This document shows, piece by piece, positions 28,835 to 38,513 of a stretch of 64,000 bases of DNA (position 1 is the first letter of the stretch; each line of letters begins with the position of its first letter). The position numbers were made by a program, and so were the translations under genes. Where the stretch lies: assembly GCF_057098645.1 (NCBI RefSeq), contig NZ_CM169472.1. The stretch is one strand, 5' to 3'. The notes under the pieces are model-generated. The model worked only from the letters and a program-made list of their open reading frames with translations, was not told the DNA's origin and made no database searches.

Positions 28835-30148
28835 ATGAAAAATATAAAATTCAGCCTGGCCTGGCAGATTCTGTTTGCTATGGTGCTGGGCATTCTCCTG
28901 GGAAGCTACCTGCACTACCATAGCGACAGCCGCGACTGGCTGGTCGTCAATTTGCTCTCTCCGGCGGGTGATATCTTCATCCATCTGATCAAAATGATTG
29001 TTGTGCCGATTGTGATCTCCACGCTGGTGGTGGGTATCGCGGGTGTTGGTGATGCCAAACAGCTCGGGCGTATTGGCGCGAAAACCATTATCTACTTCGA
29101 GGTGATCACCACCGTCGCCATCATTTTGGGGATCACTCTGGCGAACGTCTTCCAGCCCGGTGCCGGGGTGGATATGTCGCAGTTGGCGACCGTCGATATC
29201 TCGAAATATCAGAGCACTACGGAAGCGGTACAAAGCAGTTCCCACGGCATTATGGGCACGATTTTGTCGCTGGTGCCGACGAACATTGTGGCGTCGATGG
29301 CGAAAGGCGAAATGCTGCCGATCATCTTCTTCTCGGTGCTGTTTGGTCTGGGGCTTTCCTCCCTGCCCGCGACGCATCGTGAACCGCTGGTGACCGTGTT
29401 CCGCTCCATCTCTGAAACCATGTTTAAAGTGACTCACATGGTGATGCGTTATGCGCCGGTGGGTGTGTTTGCGCTGATTGCGGTGACGGTGGCTAACTTT
29501 GGTTTCTCTTCTCTGTGGCCACTGGCGAAACTGGTGCTGCTGGTGCATTTCGCCATTCTGTTCTTCGCGCTGGTAGTGCTGGGAATTGTGGCGCGCCTGT
29601 GCGGGTTAAGCGTCTGGATCCTGATTCGTATTCTGAAAGATGAGCTGATTCTAGCGTACTCCACTGCCAGCTCTGAAAGCGTACTGCCGCGAATTATTGA
29701 GAAGATGGAAGCCTACGGAGCACCGGCGTCGATCACCAGCTTCGTGGTGCCGACCGGTTACTCTTTTAACCTTGATGGTTCGACGCTGTATCAAAGTATT
29801 GCCGCTATTTTCATCGCTCAACTGTATGGCATTGACCTGTCCATCTGGCAGGAAATCATTCTGGTGCTGACGCTGATGGTGACCTCGAAAGGGATTGCTG
29901 GCGTGCCGGGCGTGTCGTTTGTGGTGTTGCTGGCAACGCTGGGTAGCGTAGGTATTCCGCTGGAAGGTCTGGCGTTTATTGCCGGTGTTGACCGTATCCT
30001 CGATATGGCGCGTACTGCGCTGAACGTGGTGGGTAATGCGCTGGCGGTGCTGGTGATTGCCAAGTGGGAACACAAATTTGACCGTAAGAAAGCGCTGGCT
30101 TATGAGCGTGAAGTGCTGGGCAAATTTGATAAAACTGCGGATCAGTAA
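28835..30148 (+). CDS. gltP: Glutamate/aspartate:proton symporter (DAACS family)
   Basis: 437-aa membrane ORF matching GltP as recalled. Confidence 0.9.
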   Translation: MKNIKFSLAWQILFAMVLGILLGSYLHYHSDSRDWLVVNLLSPAGDIFIHLIKMIVVPIVISTLVVGIAGVGDAKQLGRIGAKTIIYFEVITTVAIILGITLANVFQPGAGVDMSQLATVDISKYQSTTEAVQSSSHGIMGTILSLVPTNIVASMAKGEMLPIIFFSVLFGLGLSSLPATHREPLVTVFRSISETMFKVTHMVMRYAPVGVFALIAVTVANFGFSSLWPLAKLVLLVHFAILFFALVVLGIVARLCGLSVWILIRILKDELILAYSTASSESVLPRIIEKMEAYGAPASITSFVVPTGYSFNLDGSTLYQSIAAIFIAQLYGIDLSIWQEIILVLTLMVTSKGIAGVPGVSFVVLLATLGSVGIPLEGLAFIAGVDRILDMARTALNVVGNALAVLVIAKWEHKFDRKKALAYEREVLGKFDKTADQ

Positions 30149-30185
30149 TTGAAGATTGCCGGGGTTATCCCCCGGCAATGTGTGG

Positions 30186-30335
30186 ATGCCTGATGCGACG
30201 CTGGTGCGTCTTATCAGGCCTACGTCAGACAGCGCAATAGCCTGATTTAGCGTGATTTTGTAGGTCGGATAAGGCGTTTACGCCGCATCCGACATCAACG
30301 CCTGATGCGACGCTTAACGCGTCTTATCGGGCCTA
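30186..30335. repeat. REP/BIME cluster downstream of gltP
   Basis: Three or four REP palindromes (gcctgatgcgacgctggtgcgtcttatcaggcctac; gtcggataaggcgtttacgccgcatccgac; gcctgatgcgacgcttaacgcgtcttatcgggcc). Confidence 0.7.
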
Positions 30336-30337
30336 TC

Positions 30338-31027
30338 TTAACCGTTGGTTAATTTTTCAAACTCTTCACACCCGGTATCAAACCCTTCCATACAGCTCAG
30401 GTTCAACCAGTGCAGCGCCTTTTGCTTGTTCTTCTCGATAAAACCTTCTTCACCGTTTAAGAACATCATTCCCGCCCAGTACTCGGAATAACCGGTTCGG
30501 GAAATTGCAGAGCTGCGTTTGAAATACCAGGTTGCCTTGTCATCGTCGGCCTTAATGCCCACGCCGTTGGCGTAAATCAAACCAAGCAGCATTTGGGCAT
30601 CGACGGCAGAGTCGTTCTCCAGATCTTCCGAGGCGTTTTCTAACAGCGAAATCGCCTTTGGATAATCCGGTTTACCCGCTTGAGTATTTACCAGAATATG
30701 CGCCAGCGTTACTTCACCTTCTTTACTGCCCGCTTGCGCCGCTTTCTCTGCAAGAACTTTTGCTTGTGGATAGTCCAGACTGACCGGATTGGTGATTTTG
30801 ATCTGCGCCAACAGCGCGCAGGCATCAGCATCACCGCTGTCGGCGGCTTTCTGTGCCCAATATTCGGCTTTGCTCAAATCGCCGGAGCTAAACCAGCTGT
30901 CGGCAAGAAAATATTGTGCGCGTCGGTCCCCGGCCTCTGCTGCCTTTAAATACTGGCTGCCAGGCTCGGAGTCGTTCGCGTGGGCAAAGAATGTCAAAAA
31001 CAACATCAATGCGATAATTTTTTTCAT
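30338..31027 (-). CDS. yjcO: Sel1-repeat periplasmic protein
   Basis: 229 aa, signal peptide MKKIIALMLFLTFFAHA, repeated Sel1/TPR-like units. Confidence 0.8.
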   Translation of the reverse strand: MKKIIALMLFLTFFAHANDSEPGSQYLKAAEAGDRRAQYFLADSWFSSGDLSKAEYWAQKAADSGDADACALLAQIKITNPVSLDYPQAKVLAEKAAQAGSKEGEVTLAHILVNTQAGKPDYPKAISLLENASEDLENDSAVDAQMLLGLIYANGVGIKADDDKATWYFKRSSAISRTGYSEYWAGMMFLNGEEGFIEKNKQKALHWLNLSCMEGFDTGCEEFEKLTNG

Positions 31028-31086
31028 TTTGATAATACGATTGGGTAGGGAGTAACCAGTATAAAGAGTTCGAATGGATAAAAAAA

Positions 31087-31106
31087 CAGCCTCCGAAAGG
31101 AGGCTG
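31087..31106 (-). terminator. Rho-independent terminator after fdhF
   Basis: cagcctcc-gaaa-ggaggctg hairpin preceded on the plus strand by an A-run (U-tract on the minus-strand transcript). Confidence 0.6.
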
Positions 31107-31120
31107 TAGAAAGGACTGTA

Positions 31121-33268
31121 TTACGCCAGTGCCGCTTCGCGCAGGCGAGTTTTCAACTTGTTGTACTCGTCAATCACGTACTGCTCGGCGGCGCGCTGAT
31201 CGGCGATCGGCTCGACGCGCACGGCGCAGTATTTGTATTCCGGCGTTTTCGTAATCGGGCTTAAGTTTTCGGTAACCAGCTCGTTACAGGCACCAATCCA
31301 CCACTGGTAGGTCATATAAATCGCCCCTTTGTTCGGACGATCGCTGACCTGCGCACGGGTGATAATTTTGCCTTTACGCGAGTGCACCCAAACCAATGCC
31401 TCATCTTCAATACCCAGACGTTTGGCGTCTTCGGTATTGATTTGTGCGTAGCCAGGTTCATCAGCCAGCGCCGCCAGTGCCGCACAGTTACCGGTCATCG
31501 AACGGCAAGAGTAGTGACCAACTTCACGCACCGTTGACAGTACCATCGGGTACTCGTCGGTGAGTTTGTCGATTGGCGCTACCCAGTCGCAGGTGAAGAA
31601 CTGCGCCAGACCGTTTGGGGTATCAAACTTCTCTTTAAACAGATAAGAAGTCCCCTGATCGGCATCTGAAGTATCGCGGCAAGGCCACTGAATGAAGCCC
31701 AGTTCGCCCATTTTCTCGTAAGTCGCACCGTAGAAATCCGGGCACAGATGACGCAACTCATCCCAGATCTCCTGGGTGTTGTTGTAGTGCATCGGATAAC
31801 CCATACGGGTGGCGATTTCACTGATGATTTGCCAGTCCGTTTTCAGATCCCATTTCGGTTCAACCGCCTTGAAGAAACGCTGGAAGCCACGGTCAGCCGC
31901 AGTAAACACGCCTTCATGCTCGCCCCACGACGTTGACGGTAAAATAACATCCGCCGCCGACGCGGTTTTGGTCATAAAGATGTCCTGAACGATAACCAGT
32001 TCCAGATCTTCAAAGGCTTTACGTACTGCCGACAGCTCCGCGTCAGTTTGTAGCGGATCTTCGCCCATAATGTACGCGGCACGCACTTCGCCATGCGCTG
32101 CGCGGTGCGGCAGCTCGCTGATGCGATAGCCGGTATGCGCTGGCAGGCTTTCCACGCCCCAGGCTTTGGCGAATTTCTCGCGGTTAGCCGGATCTTTCAC
32201 ATACTGGTATCCCGGATACGTATCCGGCAGCGCGCCCATATCGCAGGCACCCTGAACGTTGTTCTGACCACGAACCGGGTTAACACCCGCATGTGGCTTA
32301 CCGAGGTTACCGGTCAGCATCGCGAGGCTGGTCAGAGAACGCACGGTTTCCACGCCCTGGTAGAACTGGGTTACACCCATGCCCCACAGGATGGCGGCGC
32401 TTTTCGCCTGGGCATACATCCGTGCCGCCTGACGAATCTCACTGGCGCTGACGCCGGTGATATCTTCAACCGACTCCGGCGTGTAGCCTTCAACGATTTT
32501 ACGATACTCTTCAAAGCCTTCTGTACGGGAAGCGACGAATGCTTTGTCGTACAGATTTTCTTCAATAATGACATGGCCCATCGCATTCAACAGCGCGATG
32601 TTCGAGCCGTTTTTCAGTGCAATGTGCATGTCAGCAATGCGCGCGGTTTCAATTTTGCGCGGATCGCAGACGATAATTTTCGCCCCGTTACGTTTAGCGT
32701 TAATTACGTGATTCGCCACGATTGGGTGGGAATCCGCCGGGTTGTACCCGAAAACGAACACTAAATCGGTATTATCAATTTCGTTAATAGCATTGCTCAT
32801 TGCGCCATTACCGACCGATTGGTGCAGACCTGCAACCGATGGGCCGTGTCAGACACGAGCGCAGCAGTCAACGTTATTGGTACCAATAACGGCGCGCGCA
32901 AATTTTTGCATTACATAGTTGGTTTCGTTACCCGTACCACGCGAGGAGCCGGTCGTCTGGATGGCATCCGGACCGTACTTCTCTTTGATGGCGCTCAGGC
33001 GCTCGGCAACGTAATTCAGTGCCTCATCCCAGGAAACAGGTTCGAGTTTGCCGCCACGCTGGCGACGGATCATGGGGGTTTTCAGGCGCGGGGTCAGGAT
33101 CTGGGTATCGTTAATGAAATCCCAGCCATAATAACCCTTCAGACACAGGGTACCCTGGTTGGTTTTCCCCTGCGCTGCCTCCGCCCGGACGATTTTGCCG
33201 TTATCGACGACCAGGTTGATTTTGCAACCTGATGCGCAATAGGGGCAAACCGTGACGACTTTTTTCAT
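31121..33268 (-). CDS. fdhF: Formate dehydrogenase H (selenocysteine, molybdopterin, 4Fe-4S)
   Basis: Two collinear same-frame ORF-track entries (32849-33268 and 31121-32800) separated by an in-frame TGA at 32849-32851 plus 16 codons; total 715 codons. N-terminal CPYCASGC Fe-S motif; ...VDCCARV-U-HGPSV... context. Confidence 0.9.
32800..32851 (-). other. Selenocysteine UGA codon (32849-32851) with the region expected to hold the bacterial SECIS stem-loop
   Basis: In-frame TGA inside fdhF; bacterial SECIS lies immediately 3' of the UGA on the mRNA. Stem-loop not folded by hand. Confidence 0.55.
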
Positions 33269-33465
33269 CGGTCTCGCTCCAGTTAATCAAATCACGCATA
33301 CGCGCTCTCGACTACAGTATGCATCTTTTATGCCACATTTTATTTGGGGTCATTCCCTGATATTACGGGCACTATTTATTCAAAACTCTGACGAAAAACA
33401 GGCTGTCGTCAGTTTTGACGTGACGAAACGAAATACCGCGTGACAGCCATCACGCGGCAGACATT

Positions 33466-34932
33466 TTATTTTTTCTCGACGACGGGACCTGCCTGATACC
33501 CGCCGCCCAGCGATTTCATCAACTGAATGCTTTGGATCACCCGGCGGCTGTCCAGCATCAGTAATGACATCTCTTCGGCAAGTACTGGCAACCGGGCTTC
33601 AGTGGCCTGTAAGCGGCTGGTTAAGCCGCGCTGATAGGCGGCCTCGGCAGCGCGCTGGGTGAAGCGCGTGGCTTCCACGCGTTCAGCCTGCATCTCTCGC
33701 TCGTCGTTGAGCGTTTGCAGACGCGTGCCGTTGACGGCAACGTCACGCACCGCGTTCAGTACTGACTGGTTGTGACGTTCAATCATCATGTTTCTGGCGG
33801 CGCGCGTGCCTTCGAGATTGGCATTCAACCGTCCACCGTCAAACAGCGGCAATTTCAGACCCGGGATGAAGTTGAACTGGCGACTGGTTTTTTTGAATAA
33901 GGTATCCAGGTGGATGGAGTCCAGACCGAAAAACGCTTTGATATCAAAGCTCGGGTAGAACAGCGCCCGCGCGGAATCCACCTGATCTAATGACGCCTGA
34001 ACATACCAGCGCATGGCTTGCAGATCCGGGCGTCTGGCGAGCAACTCATAAGAGAGTGTCGCCGGAATGCCGGTCTGGACTCGTGGTAATGCCACAGGTT
34101 TGATCTCCGGCATATCGCTGGCTCCCGCGCCAATCAATGCACGCAGAGATTCTCGCGTTTCGGTGATTTGCCCTTTGACGGCAGCAATTTGTTTATCGAC
34201 CGCCAGAATCTGTGCCCGCGCGCCGTGGAAAGGCACTTGCGCTTCCAGACCGTGCGCCACTTTACTTTGGTGCGCTTTCACCGCGTAATCAATCACATCG
34301 CGAGTTTGTTCTAACAGATCGAGCATCTGATAGCTGGCCTGCATACTGTAATAAAGCTGCGCTACGCCCGTGGTCAGCGATAGCTCTACTGCTGCGGTTT
34401 CTGCCAGCGCGGCATTATGCGCGCCAATGGCGGCGGCAACCGCTGAGCGATGCACACCCCACAAATCAAGATCCAGTCCGGCAAACAAACCGACTGTGGC
34501 TTCCGTATAGTACGGCCCGTCCATCCCCAGTGCTGGCGCATCCATTGCATAAGGGCTTAAAAAGCCGTTCGCCGAGACACGTTGGCGGTTGAGCATCCCT
34601 AACGCTGCCACCTGCAACTGTGAACCGGCATCTAACAAATCGGCCTGGGACTGCGCTTTTTCTTCCCGCAGTTTCGCTTCTGCGAGGGTGTGTGAACCGC
34701 TTAGCGTCCGCTGGATCAGGGCATCCAACTGCGGGTCATTGAGTTGTTTCCACCACTGCGCCTGCGGCCAGCCGGAGCTGGCAAGATGAATATCATCGGC
34801 CAGTTTGATTTGTTCCGGTTTGAGCTGTTGATGAGGCGCAGAATCCTTACGTACCAGGGCACAGCCGGAAATCAGCGTCGTGCTGCCGAGAATGCTGCAC
34901 AACAGCAGACGTGAAAGTTGACGATTGATCAT
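33466..34932 (-). CDS. mdtP: Outer-membrane efflux factor (TolC-like lipoprotein)
   Basis: 488 aa, lipoprotein signal (LISGCA), OMF-family length; last gene of the ytcA-mdtN-mdtO-mdtP cluster. Confidence 0.85.
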   Translation of the reverse strand: MINRQLSRLLLCSILGSTTLISGCALVRKDSAPHQQLKPEQIKLADDIHLASSGWPQAQWWKQLNDPQLDALIQRTLSGSHTLAEAKLREEKAQSQADLLDAGSQLQVAALGMLNRQRVSANGFLSPYAMDAPALGMDGPYYTEATVGLFAGLDLDLWGVHRSAVAAAIGAHNAALAETAAVELSLTTGVAQLYYSMQASYQMLDLLEQTRDVIDYAVKAHQSKVAHGLEAQVPFHGARAQILAVDKQIAAVKGQITETRESLRALIGAGASDMPEIKPVALPRVQTGIPATLSYELLARRPDLQAMRWYVQASLDQVDSARALFYPSFDIKAFFGLDSIHLDTLFKKTSRQFNFIPGLKLPLFDGGRLNANLEGTRAARNMMIERHNQSVLNAVRDVAVNGTRLQTLNDEREMQAERVEATRFTQRAAEAAYQRGLTSRLQATEARLPVLAEEMSLLMLDSRRVIQSIQLMKSLGGGYQAGPVVEKK

Positions 34933-36980
34933 TGCGTGGCTCCTTGTACCTGTTCCGTGGCGGGTGTTAATGCCGGGGCTGTCCAGTCTGGCAAGCGGGC
35001 GAAAAGCTGGCAGACGTGTTGCTCCTGTTTTAATAAGGTGGGCAGGATGGCCTGAGAGGCGGGTGTCTCTTCAAGCGTTATTTGAGGAGAACGGCTGAGT
35101 GCGGTTGCCAGACCGGCAGCGTATTTTTCCAGGGCGTCGGCAAACTGACCTGCTCTGTCCGGCTGTAGTGCGTTATCCAGCGCCTGCGCCGAGTTCCAGG
35201 TGGCATCCCAGGCGTGAAGAAGATCGCGGCCCTGACGAATAACCGTTTGCGAACGTTCAATCAGTAAGGCGCGTTCTTCGCTGTCCAGTTGACGCTCCAG
35301 CGCCACGCGTTGGCACATCTCTTCACAGGCATTAAACGCCGCATGCAGACCTATACGAATTTGCAGATAAGTGCGCAGAGCCGTGGCTTCCTGCTGGCGT
35401 GGGATCCGCATTACCTTACTTAACATACCCAGCGCGCCAGCCAGTTTTTGCGGCAGCGTGCGCGCTTCACTTTCAGGCCAGACAAAGGTGTAAATCACCG
35501 CAGACACCACGGTACCAATGATGATACCCAGGGCGCGATCGCGAATTTCCACCAGGTCGTACACCGGACCAAAAACGTTTTCGAGCGTGGCGAGCGCGAA
35601 GGTGACCACCATCTGTGTGCCGATATAAGAAGAGCGTTCAGAGCTGGTGGCAATCCATGCGCCCAACAGGAAAATCGGTGCCAGCACAAACAGCAATTCG
35701 ACAATATTGTCCAGCCAGGGCATGACCAGTAGCGTGAATAACAGCGCCAGAATCGCGCCGCAAAAGGCCCCGCCAAAACGCAGCACCATCTTCTGGTACG
35801 ACGAACCGACATTTGGATTAGCGACGATCACGCAGGTCAGCATACAGGTATGAATGCCTTCCCAGTCCACGCCGCTGTAGAAGGTGTAACAGATCAAACA
35901 GGCGAGCAGCGTTTTTACCGCGTAGCGCATATAGTCTGGATTGGTAAAAGCATCGGCGACCATTGATGGCGGTTTGGCGGCGGGCGTTGGCGGCGTATTC
36001 GGGTCCATCTGACCAAGCTGTAACAGCGTCTGGCAGATATTCTCCAGGTTACATTCCCGTGCCGCCATCGCTTCACTTTCACTGATCTGCCAGTCGCTTT
36101 GCCAGCACTGGCCTTCGGTAATTGAATGTTGCAGCTTGTTGATTTCTGAAGCTAATTTTTGTCGGAGTTCAATAATTGCCTGAGAATCAGCAAAAGAGGT
36201 GGGATCGTAGCGATTCAGCGTCGAGTAAATGTAGGTTACCGTTGCCACGCAGCTTTGCCACCATGCGCTTTGAGTTCGCCAGTTGGCATCGTCCGCGAGG
36301 CAAAAGACATTGAGTTTTTGCAGCGCCAGCGCCTCTCTTTCAATCCGCGTTTCGGGTAGCGGTGCGAGGCTGTCCGTCAGGTGGCTAATGGCATCATCAA
36401 GCCGATCATTAAGCGCCTGATGCATTTGCGAAATGGCACGACTGGGAAACCACAGCACGCCGATTAACGTCATCAGCAAGGTTGGATAGAGGCCAACAAC
36501 GATACACCACAGCGTTAAGCGCACGACCACTTCTGGATAGTCGAGCATGGCGGGGAAGGTTTGCCCGTAAATAGCGACAATGGCGACGGCGAAAAAGACC
36601 AGCCCCAAGCGATGGGTGCGCATCAAAAACATGCAGCCCATCAGGATCGGTCCGGCGATGATCAATCGGATCAACGGTTCGCCGTATGACCATTTGTAGA
36701 TCAAAAACAGGCTGCCGATCTCCAGCACCGTGGCAACCACAAACAAGATCGCGACAAATTTGGTGTAAAACGCGTTCGACTGAATACCGTAAAACAGCAC
36801 TGCCAGCGATAATGCCACAAAAGGGATCTCAAAAGTCATCGAGATCAGAATCACCAGCAGGCAGCCTACCCAGAGTTGCACGGTCTGCGGCACGCGGCCT
36901 GGTCGCCGCTCGCTTAACTCTTCATGAAAGAACGCCAGCAGCCTGACCACCGGTAATGGCAGGGAGTTGAGCGCGCTCAT
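34929..36980 (-). CDS. mdtO: Efflux pump membrane subunit (FUSC/AaeB-like)
   Basis: 683-aa ORF with two hydrophobic domains; 4-bp overlap with mdtP. Confidence 0.85.
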   Translation of the reverse strand: MSALNSLPLPVVRLLAFFHEELSERRPGRVPQTVQLWVGCLLVILISMTFEIPFVALSLAVLFYGIQSNAFYTKFVAILFVVATVLEIGSLFLIYKWSYGEPLIRLIIAGPILMGCMFLMRTHRLGLVFFAVAIVAIYGQTFPAMLDYPEVVVRLTLWCIVVGLYPTLLMTLIGVLWFPSRAISQMHQALNDRLDDAISHLTDSLAPLPETRIEREALALQKLNVFCLADDANWRTQSAWWQSCVATVTYIYSTLNRYDPTSFADSQAIIELRQKLASEINKLQHSITEGQCWQSDWQISESEAMAARECNLENICQTLLQLGQMDPNTPPTPAAKPPSMVADAFTNPDYMRYAVKTLLACLICYTFYSGVDWEGIHTCMLTCVIVANPNVGSSYQKMVLRFGGAFCGAILALLFTLLVMPWLDNIVELLFVLAPIFLLGAWIATSSERSSYIGTQMVVTFALATLENVFGPVYDLVEIRDRALGIIIGTVVSAVIYTFVWPESEARTLPQKLAGALGMLSKVMRIPRQQEATALRTYLQIRIGLHAAFNACEEMCQRVALERQLDSEERALLIERSQTVIRQGRDLLHAWDATWNSAQALDNALQPDRAGQFADALEKYAAGLATALSRSPQITLEETPASQAILPTLLKQEQHVCQLFARLPDWTAPALTPATEQVQGATQ

Positions 36981-38011
36981 TATTGCGGCTCAAGATTAGC
37001 GACTGCCGAAGCGCCGATGCGGAACATTTCCGGGTCAGGTTTATCGACCATGATTTTGACCGGAAAACGCTGGGCAACGCGGACCCAGTTAATAGAGCGA
37101 GAAACTTTTGGCAGGCCGCCCAGCACCAGGCCGCCGTCATCCGGTAGTACGCCGTAGCCAATCGAATCCACTTTACCCTCGAAGGTTTTGCCGCTGTCAC
37201 TCATCAGGCGAATCGTTGCGGGTGTACCTGAGCGAATATTTTTCAGATCGGTTTCGCGGAAGTTGGCGATCACATACCAGTGACGAGTGTCGATTAGGGT
37301 AAAAATAGGGCGCATGGCAGAAGCAAATTGCCCGACGGAGGTTTTGAGGGAAATGACCCGGCCATCAAACGGCGCGCGAACGGTCGCCATTTCCAGATGC
37401 AGTTTGGTCAGGGCAATATCCGCTTCGACCGCCGCACGCTGGGCAACTAATGCATCCACGCCGCTGACGGCGCTGGCAGCTGACTGCGCCTGCAACAATA
37501 CGGCATTAAGATCGGCTTCTGCGGCGTGCTGCGCAGTTCTTGCACGGTCAACGTCTTCCGCTGAGACAAAACCTTCTTTCAGTAATGGCTCGGTGCGGCG
37601 TAATGTATCTGTGGCCTGTTTCGCGGCGGCACGGGCTTTTTCTACCGTGGCATTAACCGAGTCGGCACCAAACTGTTGCGCGTCAACGCTACGCTGGGTG
37701 AGCATAATTTGTTTATCCAGCGCCGCGAGGGAGGCTTCGGCTTTCGCCAGGTTGGCTTCGTACGGGCGCGGGTCGATGCGGAACAGCAAATCGCCCTGTT
37801 TCACCGCCTGGTTGTCGGTGACCGCCAGTTCTACAATGCGACCGCTGACTTCCGGCACCACATCAATGGTATCTGCTGACGCGTAAGCGTCATTAGTTGA
37901 TGGCGCACTGTCTACGCGCCAGATAACGAAAACAAGGGCAACCAGCGCCAACGCAACCACTAACAGAGCAGGGAATTTACTGCGAGGAGCTTTTTTCGGC
38001 GTACTTTCCAT
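36980..38011 (-). CDS. mdtN: Membrane fusion protein (HlyD family)
   Basis: 343 aa, N-terminal TM anchor then coiled-coil and beta-barrel-like regions; 1-bp overlap with mdtO. Confidence 0.85.
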   Translation of the reverse strand: MESTPKKAPRSKFPALLVVALALVALVFVIWRVDSAPSTNDAYASADTIDVVPEVSGRIVELAVTDNQAVKQGDLLFRIDPRPYEANLAKAEASLAALDKQIMLTQRSVDAQQFGADSVNATVEKARAAAKQATDTLRRTEPLLKEGFVSAEDVDRARTAQHAAEADLNAVLLQAQSAASAVSGVDALVAQRAAVEADIALTKLHLEMATVRAPFDGRVISLKTSVGQFASAMRPIFTLIDTRHWYVIANFRETDLKNIRSGTPATIRLMSDSGKTFEGKVDSIGYGVLPDDGGLVLGGLPKVSRSINWVRVAQRFPVKIMVDKPDPEMFRIGASAVANLEPQ

Positions 38012-38029
38012 GAGCGCGTCTCAAATAGA

Positions 38030-38305
38030 TTAGAAAAATGCCAGCCAGAACAGCATGGCGTAGAGAGCAAAAAGGGCGGTATAAATAATTCCGACAAATG
38101 CCAGCTTGATATTTGCCCGCTGAATAACTCGCCTCGTGATGAGCGTCAATATAAGGCTGGCAATGGCGCAGAAAAACCAGCTGGGATAATAAGCGCCGAT
38201 CACCGGGATTGCCGGAGATAATGAGCATCCCGAAACCATGAAGACGGGAATTATCCAGGCTGTTTTTTTGAGTTGCATCGCCATGCGAGAGAGAACTGTT
38301 GGCAT
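38030..38305 (-). CDS. ytcA: Small lipoprotein YtcA
   Basis: ORF-track entry trimmed to MPTVLSRMAMQLKKTAWIIPVFMVSGCS (lipobox), 91 aa. Confidence 0.7.
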   Translation of the reverse strand: MPTVLSRMAMQLKKTAWIIPVFMVSGCSLSPAIPVIGAYYPSWFFCAIASLILTLITRRVIQRANIKLAFVGIIYTALFALYAMLFWLAFF

Positions 38306-38513
38306 ATTAAATACATCCTGTCTGCTGCGAACAATATCTGTAGTGAATATCAATATCCATTGAATGCGTCAGTATGGCTATTTTCTTGATGAATAAAAAT
38401 AGCTTTATTCAGCCACCGCATTCATAACTTATATATTTTATTTATTAATTGGCTGTATATATTTTTAAAATAAATGCTTTTGGGGGCTTCAGCGCCCCCA
38501 AAAGCGAGTGACA

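Noticed and set aside
32819-32881. Apparent one-nucleotide disagreement between my hand translation of the displayed sequence and the ORF-track frames around the fdhF UGA
   Set aside because: Two independent ORF-track entries on opposite strands (32819-33232 plus and 32849-33268 minus) agree with each other and with FdhF; I attribute the mismatch to my own position counting and do not call a frameshift or pseudogene.
32849-33268. 139-aa ORF that could be called as a separate small Fe-S protein gene
   Set aside because: It is the N-terminal part of fdhF; the stop is the selenocysteine UGA and the next ORF continues in the same frame after 16 codons.
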